From the NCBI GenBank assembly GCA_963514005.1, contig OY740795.1, forward strand, positions 50,654,001 through 50,718,000: a stretch of DNA of 64,000 nucleotides, read 5' to 3'. The position numbers and the translations under genes are program-made. Shown here piece after piece: positions 11,615 through 24,451 of the stretch (its first letter is position 1; each line of letters begins with the position of its first letter). Below the pieces are notes generated by a model. It did not search any database, was not told the DNA's origin, and saw only the letters and a program-made list of their open reading frames with translations. The DNA is from Raja brachyura. Lineage: Eukaryota.

Positions 11615-13060
11615 ATCTAACAAAGGCAGGACCTACTCAGTAAATGGTAGACCACTAGGGAATGTTGTAGAGCAGAGGGATCCAGGAGTGCGGGTGCATG
11701 TTTCCTTGAAGGTCGGGTCACAGGTGGATAAGGTGGTCAAAAAAGCTTTTGGCACATTGGCCTGTATCAGTCAGAGTATTGAGTGTAAAAGTTGGGAGGT
11801 CATGTCGCAGTTGTATACGTTGTCGGTGAGAACGCTTTTAGAGTATTGTTATCAGTTCGAGGCACCATGTTATAGGAAAGATATTGTCAAGCTTCAAAGG
11901 GTTCAGAGAAGATTTATGTTGCCAGGACCAGAAGGTCTGAGTTATAGGGAGAGGTTGAGTAGGCTGGGTCTCTATTCCTTGGAGCGCAGGAGGATGAAGG
12001 GGTGATCTTATAGAGGGGTATAAATCATGAGAGGAATAGATCGGGTAGATGCACAGAATCCCTTGCCCAGAGTAGGGGAATCGAGAACCAGAAGACATAG
12101 GTTCACGGTGAAGGGGAAAAGATTTAATTGGATTGCGGGGGAGGTCCCCAGTGGGGGTCCTTCTATAAGGGAGTCGTTCCCCTTTACATTGGGGACCTGG
12201 GGTGGAGAGTGCTGCATGGAGCGGTGGTATGTAATAAACTTTTGAGCCGGTTCACGGGCTCGTCCGCCGCATGTATTTTCTGCGGAGAGGAGGAGACCGT
12301 GTTCCACGTGTATATGGAGTGTGGGAGGTTACTGCCCCTGTACCAATATCTGAAGGGGTTGTTCCTCAAGTTCTGGCTGCATTTTTGTCCCACAATCCTG
12401 GTGTTCAGACACAAGGCAGGGAGTGGGAGAGCCAAGTGGGGGGGGGGGGGGGGGGGACACTTACCTGTCAGTTTGCTCCTGGGCCTGGCCAAGATGGCCA
12501 TTTGCGGGTCCAGGCAGCGGGCGGTCGACGGTCAGGCTAGAGTCGGCTGCCTGCCCCTCTTTCAGGCCTACGTTCATGCACGTGTGTCCCTGGAGAGGGA
12601 ACACACAGTGTCCACGGGGACTCTGGAGGCCTTCCGTCAACGCTGGTCACCGCGTGGGGTTGAGAGTATTGTAAACAATGAATGTACTGTTGTACTACAA
12701 TGATTTTTTTTGATATAGTGTTATTTTGATTATGTTTTGATGTGTTGTATCATATGATTGTGTCGAATAAAGTTTTTAAAAAGAAAAAAAAAAAATTAAT
12801 TGGAATCTGAGGGGTAACCTTTTCACACAAAGGGCGGTGGGTGTTTGGAACAAGCTGCAGAGGAGGTAGTTGAGGCTGGGACTATTCCAATGTTTAAGAA
12901 ACAGTTAGACAGGTACATGGATAGGGCAAGTTTGGAGCGATATGGACCAAGCGCATTCAGGTGGGACTAGTGTAGCTGGGACACGTTGGCTGGTGGGACT
13001 ATTTTAGCTGGGACGTTGAGCCGAAGGGCATGTTTCCACACTGTCTACTAAAACTCTATG
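11615..13060 (+). mobile_element. CR1 3' portion interrupted by a Tx1-type LINE
   Basis: ORF 11688..12005 QVDKVVKKAFGTLA...RLGLYSLERRRMKG; resumes at 12796 with TTAATTGGAATCTGAGGGGTAAC. Confidence 0.85.
12133..12795 (+). mobile_element. 5'-truncated Tx1/L1-clade LINE (ORF2 C-terminal zinc knuckle, 3' UTR, polyA)
   Basis: GDLGWRVLHGAV...CIFCGEEETVFHVYMEC (CCHC)...LLGLAKMAI; AATAAA then A-tail; TSD TTAATTGGA at 12124-12132 and 12796-12804. Confidence 0.9.
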
Positions 13061-13229
13061 ATCAAAAATCTAAATTCCATACGTGACATTGGAATGACTG
13101 CCTTGTTATCAGTGAATGACCAGGAGCTGAATCAAGGAGTTCTGGTCAAACTGAAGTAATGACTTATGATGGGAGAAATACAGGTGGCATTGTGCCTTGC
13201 ACAATAGTGCATATGGCTGTTAGAGATCA

Positions 13230-13545
13230 AGTGGGAGAATCACAAATAAGGGGACACGGCTGCAAAACAAGGGGCCAGATAAAATTAGGTGCATAGAAAT
13301 GTATTCTCTTGTAGGGTAGTGCATTCTGAAATTCTCTCCACCTCAAGGGTGGTGAAGTTCAGATCAATAGATATACTTAGTATGGAGATAGATAAATATT
13401 TGACAGATCACAAAATTGAAGGTTAAGGGGATCTGGCACAGAAGAGGAGTTGAAGCTGGATCACCCATGATCATATTGAACATCAGGGTGGGTTTGAGGG
13501 GCCTGGTGGCCTACTCCTGCTCCTACTTCCTTGTGTTCTTGTGTT
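13230..13545 (+). mobile_element. Degraded CR1 3' end
   Basis: GGGACACGGCTGCAAAA...CCATGATCATATTGAA...GGCCTACTCCTGCTCCTA...TGTGTTCTTGTGTT tail. Confidence 0.65.
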
Positions 13546-13784
13546 TAACCTGGCCCTGGAACATCACTTCACTGTTTGTCAGGGCAGTGTCCTAGGCTCA
13601 ACTAGCTTCATCATAAGTCCTGCATGCAGAAAAGACCAAGACAATATTCAGGCAACGGTCCATTAACATCAAGTAATATTTTCACCACAATAGTTCCAAG
13701 TGATGACCACTTACAACAAGCAGGATTTGTTAGAAATCATGACATTACAAATGCTATGTTGTCTATCATTGAAATATTGTGAAT

Positions 13785-14005
13785 ATAGACACGTATATAT
13801 TGTGAATGCCGGGGTAACTCAGCAGGACAGGCAGCATCTCTGGAGAGAAGGAATGGGTGATGTTTCGGGTCGAGACTGGAGAAGGGTCTCGACCCGAAAC
13901 ATCACCCATTCCTTCCATACAGAGCTGCTGTCTGTCCTGCTGACTTACTCCAGCCTTTGTGTCTATCTTCAGTGTAAACCAGCATCTGCAGTTCCTTCCC
14001 ACACA
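13785..14005. mobile_element. Inverted (head-to-head) PLE pLTR dimer
   Basis: GTAACTCAGCAGGACAGGCAGCATCTCTGGAGAGAAGGAATGGGTGATGTTTCGGGTCGAGAC is followed by its near reverse complement plus the 3' tail; imperfect TSD GAAATATTG(T/G)G(A/T)AT. Confidence 0.8.
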
Positions 14006-14438
14006 TAGAAATATTGGGTATCGCTGTGATCAGGAACTCAACCAGGTTATTAGCATGAGGAGGTCAGAAACTTGGCCTTCTGCAATGAGAGGTTCATCTT
14101 CTGACACCACCAAATGGTCCTACCATCAGCAAGGGACATTGAGTGCTTGATGAATGCTCTCGATCAATGCTCGTGAATATTGACACCATCAAAGCAACGT
14201 GTCCGAATGGTACTTTATTATCCATCTTTAACATTTATTATCCCTTCTGCTGGTGCACAGTGATTGCAGGGCATACCAGCTTTAAACCGCATTGCGGGTA
14301 CTAACTCAGGTTACTCTGATAGATATTCCCACAACCATAATCTTCACCACCAAGAACAAAGGCATCAGGCAATTTGGAATAAATACCATGCAGGTTCCCT
14401 TCCATCTCAGATACCATTCTGGTATGGAAATATACCAC

Positions 14439-14560
14439 CAGAAGAAGGGTCTCGACCCGAAACGTCACCCATTCCTTCCCTCCAAAGATGCTTCCTGTCC
14501 CGCTGAATTACTCCAACATTTTGTGTCTACCTTCGATTTGGAGCATCATCTGCAGTTCTT
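14439..14560 (+). mobile_element. Solo PLE pLTR inside an ancient L2/CR1 remnant (~13550-14720)
   Basis: GAAGAAGGGTCTCGACCCGAAACGTCACCCATTCC...GCATCATCTGCAGTTCTT. Confidence 0.8.
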
Positions 14561-15019
14561 TCGTCCCAGATTTCCATTGTAGCCGGGTGCAAATCCTAGA
14601 ACTCGCGGCCCCACAGCATTGAAGGAGTAGCTTCACGAGACGGACTGCAGCAGCTAAAGAAGTCAGCTCCCCCCTGCTAATCAAGGATGAGCAATAAAGG
14701 CTAGCAATGATCAGATCCCAAACAATGAATGTAAAATTAAATTAATTTTAGTCCTGTTAATGGGAAGTATGGCTGTTTAGTTCAGCAAATCAGATATCAA
14801 CTCAGATATTGAGTTCCTGATTTCTCATCTTTTAAACTGATGTAATGGTACTGAAAAAGCTGATACACAGAACTCATAACGACCACTCTGATGGTGAATC
14901 CGCTAAGTTGGAAACACAAAGTCGAACATTTATGCTCATTCCGCATTCTTTCAAACTGCTATTTTCAGCAGTTAAAAAAAAAACTCTTTGAGAGTATTTA
15001 TTTTTACATTTCATCAAGA

Positions 15020-15243
15020 TGAAGGCCAGAGGACATAGGTTTAAGGAGAAGGGCAAAAGATTTAATAGGAATCTGATGGGGAACTTTTAAGAATCAGTTA
15101 GACGGGTACATGGGTAGGACAGGCTTGAAGGGATATGGACCAAGCGCGGGCAGGTGGGACTAGTGTAACTGGCACATGTTGGCGAATGTGGGCAAGTTGT
15201 GCCGAAGAGCCTGGTTCCACACTGTATCACTCTACGCCTCTAT
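15020..15243 (+). mobile_element. CR1 3' end fragment
   Basis: AGAGGACATAGGTTTAAGG...GGGATATGGACCAAGCGCGGGCAGGTGGGACTAG...CTGTATCACTCTA. Confidence 0.75.
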
Positions 15244-16064
15244 AAGATGTTCAACACCCTTCCAGCTCACGATTATCGGACTGCTTCCATTTTCATTGTT
15301 TCCACATGCGTTTTAATTTAAAAGCACTTTGATGGAACTGTACTTTGACAAAAGCTGTGCGCGTGGTTTTTTTCCGAGCTAGACTGTAAATGTCTCCTAC
15401 ATCGTATTTATAATTCTGATCCCAAAAGTTACATTAGCTTCCGCACTGCCTGGAACTCCTGAGCCATTAAAACAGCGATATTGCTCAGTTTGCAACAATG
15501 AAATGTCTCTCGGTGCAACACGATTAGCTTCATTCTAAAGGCATTCCCCGCACTATAATGGACTGTTACTTGATGAGGCAGATAGCAAGAAGTGAAATAG
15601 GTTCACTGAGCATGACCCTTTCATCAGTTACTTGGCTGAGCACGAGCTTTTATATAACGTACACTCGGGAGATTTCAACAATTTAGCCGAATAATGAAAC
15701 ACATTAACCATGGCTCTTCTATCGAATAGTTGATGAACTTATTATCGCTTATAGCCATCACAACCAGGGTGATGATACACCTGAGTCAACATGTGGGGAC
15801 CTCCAGCAGAAACCTTGGAATACTTTTGAGGAAGATTCCTTTATTTACGCAGCCAAGGATCAATAAAAGCAATCCTCGAACTACATCATGAAGCATAAAG
15901 GTTTTCTGGTTTTCATTGCACAGTGCAAATGCAGCAGGAACCAGGGGAAAGGGGGAAATCATTATTTAAAAAAAAAATAAGGACTCAGCGGATTGAGCAG
16001 CATCTGTTGGGACAGGAATTGTCAACCTTTCAGGTCAAAACCTTGCATCAACACTAAGAATGAA

Positions 16065-16480
16065 GATCATAAGATCATAGTAATAGGAATAGAATTAGGC
16101 TATTCGGCACATCAAGTCTACTCCATCATTCAATCATGGCTGATCTATCTCACCCTCCAAATCCCATTTTCCTGCCTTCTCCCCGTAACCTCTGATACCG
16201 GTACTAATCAAGAATCTATCTATCTCTGCCTTAAATATATCCACTGCCTTGGCCTCCACAGCCTTGTGTACAAATAATTCCGCAGATTCGCCACCCTCTG
16301 ACTGAAGAAATTCCTCCTCACCTCCTTCCTAAAAGAACGTCCTTTAATTCTGATGCTATGACCACTCAAGGAAACATCCACTCTATCCAAGCCTTTCACT
16401 ATTCTGTACTTTTCAATGAAGTGCCCCTCATTCTTCTAAACTCCAGCGAACACAGGCCCAGTGCTGTCAAATGCTCAAGA
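16065..16480 (-). mobile_element. CR1 3' end fragment
   Basis: Tail GATCATAAGATCATA; ATTCAATCATGGCTGATC; CACCCTCTGACTGAAGAAATTCCTCCTC. Confidence 0.8.
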
Positions 16481-18333
16481 TGCCAAGATGGATGATGGAG
16501 CCGAGTAATGATGGGGGAGGAGCAGAGTTTGGAGATAGCGGCAGGTGGTCGGGGAATTCAACTGGCATGTAACGGGGAATTCTCAAATGCAAATGTTTGT
16601 TGAGAAAGTGCCACATTAAAGACACTGGAAAAACTGTGGATCATGAGATTCAAACAATGATAATGCAATTGTACATACAGCAATGACAATGCAAAATATA
16701 GCACAAATGCTATAACAAAAATGTTGGCTTTCAGCCAGAGAGATTTTCGACTCTGGATCAATATTAGCGCTGTTGATTTTTTGACACATAGCCTGAAATT
16801 GGGAAGACAGTGAAAAATGATTGCAGTGTTTCCTTTCATCAGATAAAATGTGTCGTACGATCTATGATAGATACCTGTGTATTATCTGTGGGAAAGAACT
16901 GGGTTGTTGGGGAAAGTTGCTGTTGGCTGTTAATTATAATGTTCTACTTACATACTTTTGGTTACCATACTCTTTCCTTAAAACTATTATAAGAACACTC
17001 AATTTAATTAGAATTTAGATAATTTATGGGAATTGGAGATGAAAGTGTCAAAAATCTGCTCTGACCCACTTTGCCCAGTAGATTTATTACCACCAAGAAT
17101 TCAAGAAAAAGTTTTGTAGCACAATTCAAATTTGAACTCTAAAAAATTATTAATTGACAACCATGATGAAGATATTACTGTAATGTTTTAGAAATTCTTG
17201 CAGGCCACAAGATGAAGAATACATCTAAAATGGTGTGACAGTCACAAAGATGAAAACAATTGAGCAGAAATATCAATGATGAAGTTACATCATATCGAGA
17301 TTCTGAAATTGTGAAAAGGAAACTATTTGATATATGCATTTATTATAATTATTTTTATGCTGCAAATTTGTTATAATTCAGGGTCCCAACCTGAAACAAC
17401 AATATTCTCCAGCTGCTGCCTGTCTTGCTGAGTTACTCCAGCATTTTGGGTCTGTCCATCGTTCAGTTTAGGTTTTTCAGTCATTTTATTCTTAAGTCAA
17501 ACAAGGAAAATAATGTTTGGCCGTGCAGAAAAAAAAGGCAAAATAAGCTAGATAGAGAAACAGAAAGAGAGTAAGATGAAAAGAAAGAGAAAGGAAGAGT
17601 TATGATTTCATCGTCCTAACTGGCATATGAGGGCTGGTCCCTTTGTAAGAGGAAACGTTTGATAAAATTTCACCATCCACTTTCAATACCTTTGTGAGAT
17701 GTCTCAAGATATTCTTCTATTTATTGCCAACTATGGTTGAGCAGAATTTACACATTGTGATTTTTCTATTGAAAGGCTTTAAAGTATTTATGGACAGGGC
17801 TGCAGTTTCATAAATATTCATATTTGTGAGGACTTAGGTACTTTACTGTAATGAATAGCTTTTTGCTTTGGCACATTTCTGACTCGATGCTACATCGCGG
17901 CTTGTACCTTGAAACCTGGAGCGCGAACCCAATGAATTGTTCAGGCTTCATCTATGAAAGTGGGAAAGCTCTCCCGCCCCCATCACACCTCCTCGGGCAA
18001 CTTGCTAGATGGGAGAAATCACATTTGAATCTGCCAGCTGACAGTCGATCTTAAGTATGCCTTAGGGAGAGGACAATGTGACAGGCCTTTAGAAGTCAAC
18101 ACTGACTATCGGAATTGCTGATATATCATCTTACATGATTTTTTTTACACAGCTGGGAGGAGGGAAGCTTGGGACAGCCGTAACCTATAAAATGCAAGGA
18201 TGCCAATGACAGAACTAGGAATGTATCAGGTCAGTAAAATGAAGGCCAACAGGATAGTTAGTATCCAATTTCTACTACTTACAGAATAGTGAGTTAAATG
18301 AGTCAATGTATAAACATGTAGTGATATGCAGAC

Positions 18334-18491
18334 TGTTTAAGAAGGAACTGCAGATGCTGGAAAATCGAAGGTAGACAAAAATACTGGAGAAACTCATTCT
18401 GAAGAAGGGTTTCGACCCGAAACGTTGCCTATTTCCTTCGCTCCATAGATGCTGCCTCACCAGCTGAGGTTCTCCTTCATTTTTGTCTACC
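18334..18491. mobile_element. Inverted PLE pLTR dimer with intact hammerhead core
   Basis: Antisense tail AAGAAGGAACTGCAGATGCTGG...GAGAAACTCA joined to sense CTGAAGAAGGGTTTCGACCCGAAACGTTGCC...TTTGTCTACC. Confidence 0.8.
18399..18426 (+). ncRNA. Minimal hammerhead ribozyme motif
   Basis: CUGAAGA-A-GGGU(UUCG)ACCC-GAAA-CG-UU: both conserved core boxes, stem II with a UUCG loop, palindromic ACGU helix III. Confidence 0.7.
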
Positions 18492-18615
18492 TACTGATGT
18501 ACAGACCTTCTGTTCTACCATTAGGTTTCTATTAATATCGTGTTGCATTTAGAATTTTTAACTAAATTTAACAGCTATCAGATCATTTTCAACAGAACAA
18601 AGTGGTTCTTCTGTT

Positions 18616-18935
18616 GGCAACACAGTGGTGTAGCTGGTAGAGCCACTGCCTCACCATGCTAGAGGCCCTGGATTGATCCTGACATTGGGTGCTGTCTGTG
18701 CGGAGTTTGTCTGTTTTCCCTGTGACTGCGTGGGTTTCCTTCGGGTGTTCTGGTTTACTTCCACATCCCAAAGATGTGTGGTTTTCTAGGTTAGGTGGCC
18801 TCTTTAAATTGCTCCTAGTGAGTAGGAAGTGGATGAGAAAGTGGACTAACATGGTACTGGTGTGTATACGGTTCTACGAGGACTTGGTAGGTCGAAGGAT
18901 CGGTTTTAATACTTTATCTCTAAACTAAATTTACC
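18616..18935 (+). mobile_element. tRNA-derived V-SINE
   Basis: GTGGTGTAGCTGGTAGAGC...GATCCTGAC...GGAGTTTGTCTGTTTTCCCTGTGACTGCGTGGGTTTCC; CTAAA tail. Confidence 0.8.
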
Positions 18936-19144
18936 TAAGCTAAAGAGCAAAATGGTTAGTTATTTGGTAACAATCGGTGAAATAATGTCTGGATCAATAA
19001 TTATCATTCGCGTTTGCAAGTGCAGTTAATTGTAATACTCTAAACTTCTCATACTTTCTTACAAGATCGAAGGAGTCCCATCGTCAAAGCCAGCATCAAG
19101 GCATCTGATCAGTCCCATTCCTCCATTTATCTTTTGTAATCTAT

Positions 19145-19527
19145 TCAAGGTTCAAAAGTCAGTTTATTGTCACGTGTACCAATTAAGGTACAGTGAAATT
19201 CGAATTACCATACAGCCATGCTAAAAAAAAGCATCAAGACACACAACTACATAAAAATTAACATAAACATCCACCACAGTGGATTCCCTACATTCCGCAT
19301 TGTGATGGAAGGCAAAAAAGTCTAAGCTTCTTCCTCTTTGTTCTCTCGCAGTCGGGGTTGTTGAACCATCCACAGTCGGGGCGATCGAAGCCCTCGCAGC
19401 CGGCGATTGAAGCCTCTGATACGGGGTGATCGAAGCTCCTGCGGCTTGGAGTTCCCAAAGTCGGTCTCTGACCAGAAACCACGAGCTCCACCATGTTAAA
19501 ATCCGCAGGCTCCCATGGTGGGCTGGT
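19145..19527 (-). mobile_element. 3' part of a GC-rich non-autonomous retroposon with a Rex1/L2-like tail
   Basis: TTTATTGTCACGTGTACC...GGTACAGTGAAA tail matches the Rex1-type 3' end at 56020-56050; hairpin shared with 34305-35119 and 57705-58660. Confidence 0.6.
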
Positions 19528-19529
19528 AG

Positions 19530-20473
19530 TTGCCCCGTGTGCGTGACTTTGGAGCCTTTCAGAGGGGGGGCATGTTGAAAGTATCGTTTTTCTACAGACA
19601 GGGCAAATCGATCCATGTCAGGGGATTTCGGTGTTGAAGAAAAATCGCTCCGACATTTGATTTATGAAGGTATTTTTAAATTACGCAGGATTATTTATTA
19701 GCTAGAGTAATTTAAAAATTATCTTCCAAAGCCGTGATCGCCGACAACGGGAAATTTATTTTGACATAAAAACATGCTTCTTAGGAAGAATTTAATCACA
19801 TTTTCATGTTGCGAAATGGGGACAAAAAATATATACAAAATCGGCAGTATTTTTCCTGCCGACTTCACTGCAAACCGCAACGTTCTAATCCACCGCATTC
19901 CACGAAAACCCACTCGCAAGTTGATTTAAATTTCCATTAATTTACAGGAATTAAACACGAAATTCCTTCCATTTGGCCTATAACTTCATGAAAATGAAAT
20001 TTAAAAATCATGTTATATTGTGAATTATTGTGTGAATGTTATTTGGACACTTAGGCAATTAAAAAATGTTTATCTTTTCTTAAGAAATGAATAATGTTTA
20101 GAATTGAATTTTGTAATTAGCTACAATTAGGTAACTAACTAATTATATGCTTTAATTTATTTTATATGCTTTTAATTTCAGGTCATCCAAGTTAGATTGT
20201 TTCATATTTGTTTCAGAATTTCATTCAGTTCACTTAATTTTTAAGAAAGTTATGGGCTTTTGACTGTCCTATTTCACAGCTTTTGAGTTAAGTCAATGGA
20301 AAGGCAATGGGCAACAAGATGCTAATTTCTGAGTATGAAAATGGCCATAACTTCTTTAATACTGAAGATATGAAAGTAAATTAGGTGTCAAATTAAACAT
20401 CTTTTTATGCTTTATCTGATGGGATAAATTGCAGACTTGATTTTTTAAATCTCAAAATGTTGTAACATTGCTA
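19530..20473. mobile_element. Second copy of the TAG...CTA DNA element, left end lost
   Basis: Colinear with 6570-7555; right end TTGTAACATTGCTA. Confidence 0.8.
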
Positions 20474-20477
20474 GGTC

Positions 20478-20977
20478 CTAGGGGGTTGCCAGGAGGCAAA
20501 GGTTCTCTGAGGTTCTCGTAGGTTGGAGCCGGTGCAGACCGGTGAATTTCATTGGCTCATTTGGGGGGAAAAAAGGTAAGCAGTAGTTTTCAGAACCAAG
20601 GAACCGACCGGTAATGTTAAATGTCCGCCGAGCTTCACAGCCGTGTATCTCTGGCTTCTTAAAAGTTGTCTCCATTCCTTCTCCCCCCTTCTCCCCCTTC
20701 TCCCCCCACTCCTCTTTTAAAGGACTTACCGTACGCTGTGCTTTAGCCATCTTAATTACAGCGCCAACCTTCCAGTTCATCTTGGTGTGTGTCTGTATCA
20801 CCTTGGATTTGGACTGTGGGAATTTTTTAGACAGCGCTCCCCCACTTGCCCTGTCCCTCGCCTGCATAACGGACTGGTGAAGGAAGCGATGTGTTTGTGT
20901 GTTCCACTCTGACAGTTGCCGTTCCAGTTGCCGGTTTTTCAGGCGACTGCTGGCGACTTGACAGTGGGACAGGCCCA
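20478..20977. mobile_element. Harbinger-type MITE (type B related), left end missing
   Basis: Right TIR AGTGGGACAGGCCCA followed by TAA; interior similar to 3490-3859. Confidence 0.75.
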
Positions 20978-21689
20978 TAACTCTCCTGCCATGACCAAAA
21001 TTAGCTACAATTTAAAGAAGGTGATTAACCTGCCAGCATTTGTTTGCGATGTGGGAGGTAACTGGAAAACCTGGTAAAGCCCACACCTCATGCATTCTCC
21101 ACAACGGCAGAACCCTAGTTAAATCTAAAATGTGCAGAATTGGTAGTAAAGGCACATCAATAATATAATTAAAAAATCACTGCGAAAATGTGACATTGCA
21201 GGAAAAGTGTGAGTTGCAGATATAATTCCAACAGCTTTTACATTTGTTGATTCGATTTTGAAAGTTCTGCATGGTCTAACTTAGTTATTTATTTATGATG
21301 CATGTCAGAGATACCCAATGTATTCCATATTTTCTGGAGGATTAACGGAGATTATGGTCATGTATTGAGAGTTAATCGAATCTTTGCCGCAAGTCATTAC
21401 TTTCATAAATTCTTACATTATAACATAAATAGTTCAAAGCTTGATATGAAACTTTTATTACGATTTTGCAGCATTCTGCACATAACTTTACATTGTGTTG
21501 TTTCCAAATCCATGATATTTGATATGGAACCAAAGCAAAAAACAAAACAAAAAAAAACCAAGCAATGAGCAGAAAGCAAAAATTAATTCTTTAGCTCGTT
21601 TTCCAGAAGGTTATTCCAAAAGGAATGTAGGATTCACACTTTCATTCCTTTCATTCACTAAAGAAAGCAAACTCAATGCCAACATTTAT

Positions 21690-22312
21690 TTCAAGAGGGC
21701 TTGTATACATAAACAGGGATGTAATGTTGAGGCTCTATAAGGTCCTCGTAAGGCCGTATATTGAGGGCAATTTTGGGCACCATGCCTGAGGAAGGATGTG
21801 TTGGCTCCGGAGAGGGTCCAGAGGAGATTGACAAGAATGATCCCAGGAATGAGTAGGTTAACCTACTGAGCGTTTGATGGCACTGGGCCTGTACTCGTTG
21901 GACTTCAGAAGAATGAGGGGGGACCTCATTGAAACATACAGAATAGTGACAGGCTTGGATAGAGTGGATGTGGAGAGGATGTTTCCACCAGTGGGAGAGT
22001 CCAGGACTAGAGTTCATAGCCTCAGAATTAAAGGATGTTCTTTTAGGAAAGAGATGAGGAGAAATGTATTTAGTCAGAGGGTGGTGAATCTGTGGAATTC
22101 TTTGCCACAGAAGGCTGTGGAGGCCAAGTCAGTGTATAGTTTTAAGGCAGAGATAGATAGATTCTTGATTTGTACAGGTGTCAGAGGTTATGGGGAGAAG
22201 GCAGGAGAATGGAGTTAGGAGGAGGAGATTGATCAGCCATGATTGAATTGTGGAGTAGACTTGATGGGCCAAATGGCCTAATTCCACTCCTATTCCTTAT
22301 GACCTTATGACC
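21690..22312 (+). mobile_element. CR1 3' portion
   Basis: ORF 21874..22218 LGLYSLDFRRMRGDLIETY...FSQRVVNLWNSLPQKAVEA; tail TTATGACCTTATGA. Confidence 0.9.
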
Positions 22313-22714
22313 TCCATAAGGCTGTAGATGATGGGTCAGTAAAATTGCTTCCATCTGGGATCTAGTGCTTCCTAAGCAAAGTAAATCAAAAATTAAAGAT
22401 TAATATGAGGGAGAATGGCATTGAGGTATAGATCGCCCATACTACTGTGTACAATCCTACATCCCCATCTCTTTAAAGGTACATTAAGCAGTTGTGAAGC
22501 TTTCCACAAAATAGTTTCATCTGCAATTTGGGTATTGCCACATCCTGCTGCTGGACATGAGAGGACAGTTTACAATTCAGCTTTTACATTTAATGTTGTA
22601 TTAGCTTTATACAAACCAATGTGTATTGAAGTCAAAAAACATTATTTTTCTTTGGGTCAGAATTTCTTTCTGAATGAATTTCTTTGAAAGGACACTTTTT
22701 ATTTCCGGAAGTTA

Positions 22715-22864
<150 letters not shown>

Positions 22865-23089
22865 TCATGTTCTTTTTTAATAATAGTCACCATAAAAATC
22901 GGACAGATGCTGTTGATAATCCACGGGGAACATTTTACCTGGAAACACTTCTCTAGTCGATAAGGCTAAATGTGCTATTCAGTGTTCAGTGCGTTGCTGT
23001 CTGCGTCTGAAATTCATTCCAATGTCTTTAATGAAATGAATTTCAAAGGCAAAATACAGTGGCTTGACACTAGTCAACAGTGTGAGTAA

Positions 23090-23327
23090 AGGGCCTGACC
23101 CACTTGCCGATTTTTTCGGCGACTGCCAGCGTCATATCAGTGTAGCCAAAAGATTTTGAAAATTTCAAAATCCAGCGACGACAAATAAATGTTGCGACAC
23201 TTGGAAAAACCCTGCACGTCATACGCTGTCACGCCGCGTCACCGCCGCATCACGCTGCAATTTCTTCGGTGACCTGATACGTCAGTCAATGATGCCGGCA
23301 GTCAAGTGGGCAAGTGGGACAGGCCCT
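23090..23327. mobile_element. Harbinger-type MITE, interior type C
   Basis: AGGGCCTGACCCACTTG...CAAGTGGGACAGGCCCT; TAA TSD on both sides. Confidence 0.9.
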
Positions 23328-24149
23328 TAACACTATTGACCCGAGTTCAATTTCCAGGCAGGCGTCTAATAATTCAAGTTAATTTTTTGCAATTTACGAC
23401 AGAGAAACAGCTATGTTCTGTTCAGGTACAAATAACCAGTGTGTTCTTTTTGAGCCTATGCCACGCATTGTGTCTTGTTCATGACAAGTACATTTGTAAA
23501 TTCACAATGGGCTCTGCTGGTTTTAACTTTTAAATTCATCCCTGAACATCCTCAGATTCGCAATAAGGCTTCTTATCGTGAGTGCAGACTTGTAAAATTA
23601 CCTCTATTGTGTTTAGATAAATGAAACTCTGAAGCAGTTTAATAGTTTATATAAGAGAGTGAAGAGTCAAACATATCAATGCAAACAACAGGCAACGTCC
23701 TATTACCAATCATGTAATCTATCAACACCTACGTGCTTGTGTTATAATAAACTAACATGAATTCAGCAAAATGACTCCTGTCAAGATTTTCAATATTTAT
23801 TCTACACAATGTATGAATCATCAACGAATATCAGTATGCCTTGCCACACACAAAATAGAAATCTGGTTATAGAAAATCGCTAGTTCAGGGTGGTTAAAAA
23901 CAGTGGCGTTACACATAATTATTAAAACGCCGGATTTTGATTCCATTTAATTAATCTATTATGTTGTCCAATCGTTCATTTCAACATTGCTGTGGTCATC
24001 TAACCTGTGAAATATTACATTTAAAGTGTGATATTAGAAACATCATCTGTCCACTTCCATCCACAGATACTGCTAACACTCTGAGTTCCTAGAGCAGTTT
24101 GCTTTTGGCACAATATTATTACGATTGGTAATACAGTGAACTCTTTCCG

Positions 24150-24451
24150 TCCCTCCCCCACCCAAGTTGTTGCACTAGCATCAGTCATATTGTGGAGTCT
24201 CATTGTCCATAACACTTTTTCACTTAGGCAACAGCTAACAATAGCCAGTTTCCTATATCATCATTACTTTTTTGCATATCTTTCATTCATTTGTTCTATA
24301 TCTCTCTATATCACCGTCTATGTCTGTCATTTCCCTTTCCCCTCTCAGTCTGAAGAGGAGTCTTCACCCGAAACTTCACCTATTCCTTCTCTCCAGAGAT
24401 GCTGTCTAACCCGCTGAGTTACTCCAGCTTTTTATGTCAATCTTAGGTTTA
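24150..24451 (+). mobile_element. PLE 3' UTR/pLTR split by a CR1 (tail resumes 27398-27430)
   Basis: TTTTTGCATATCTTTCATTCATT...CAGTCTGAAGAGG...CCCGAAAC...TCTTAGGTTTA | GTTTAAACCAACACCTGCAGTTCCTTCC. Confidence 0.75.

Noticed and set aside
15757-15866. Short open frame HHNQGDDTPESTCGDLQQKPWNTFEEDSFIYAAKDQ
   Set aside because: No recognisable protein similarity and only a weak acceptor context.
20478-20978. 166-aa ORF in a MITE (related ORFs at 3448-3807)
   Set aside because: No transposase or Myb motif; the similar segments fall in different frames in the two copies.
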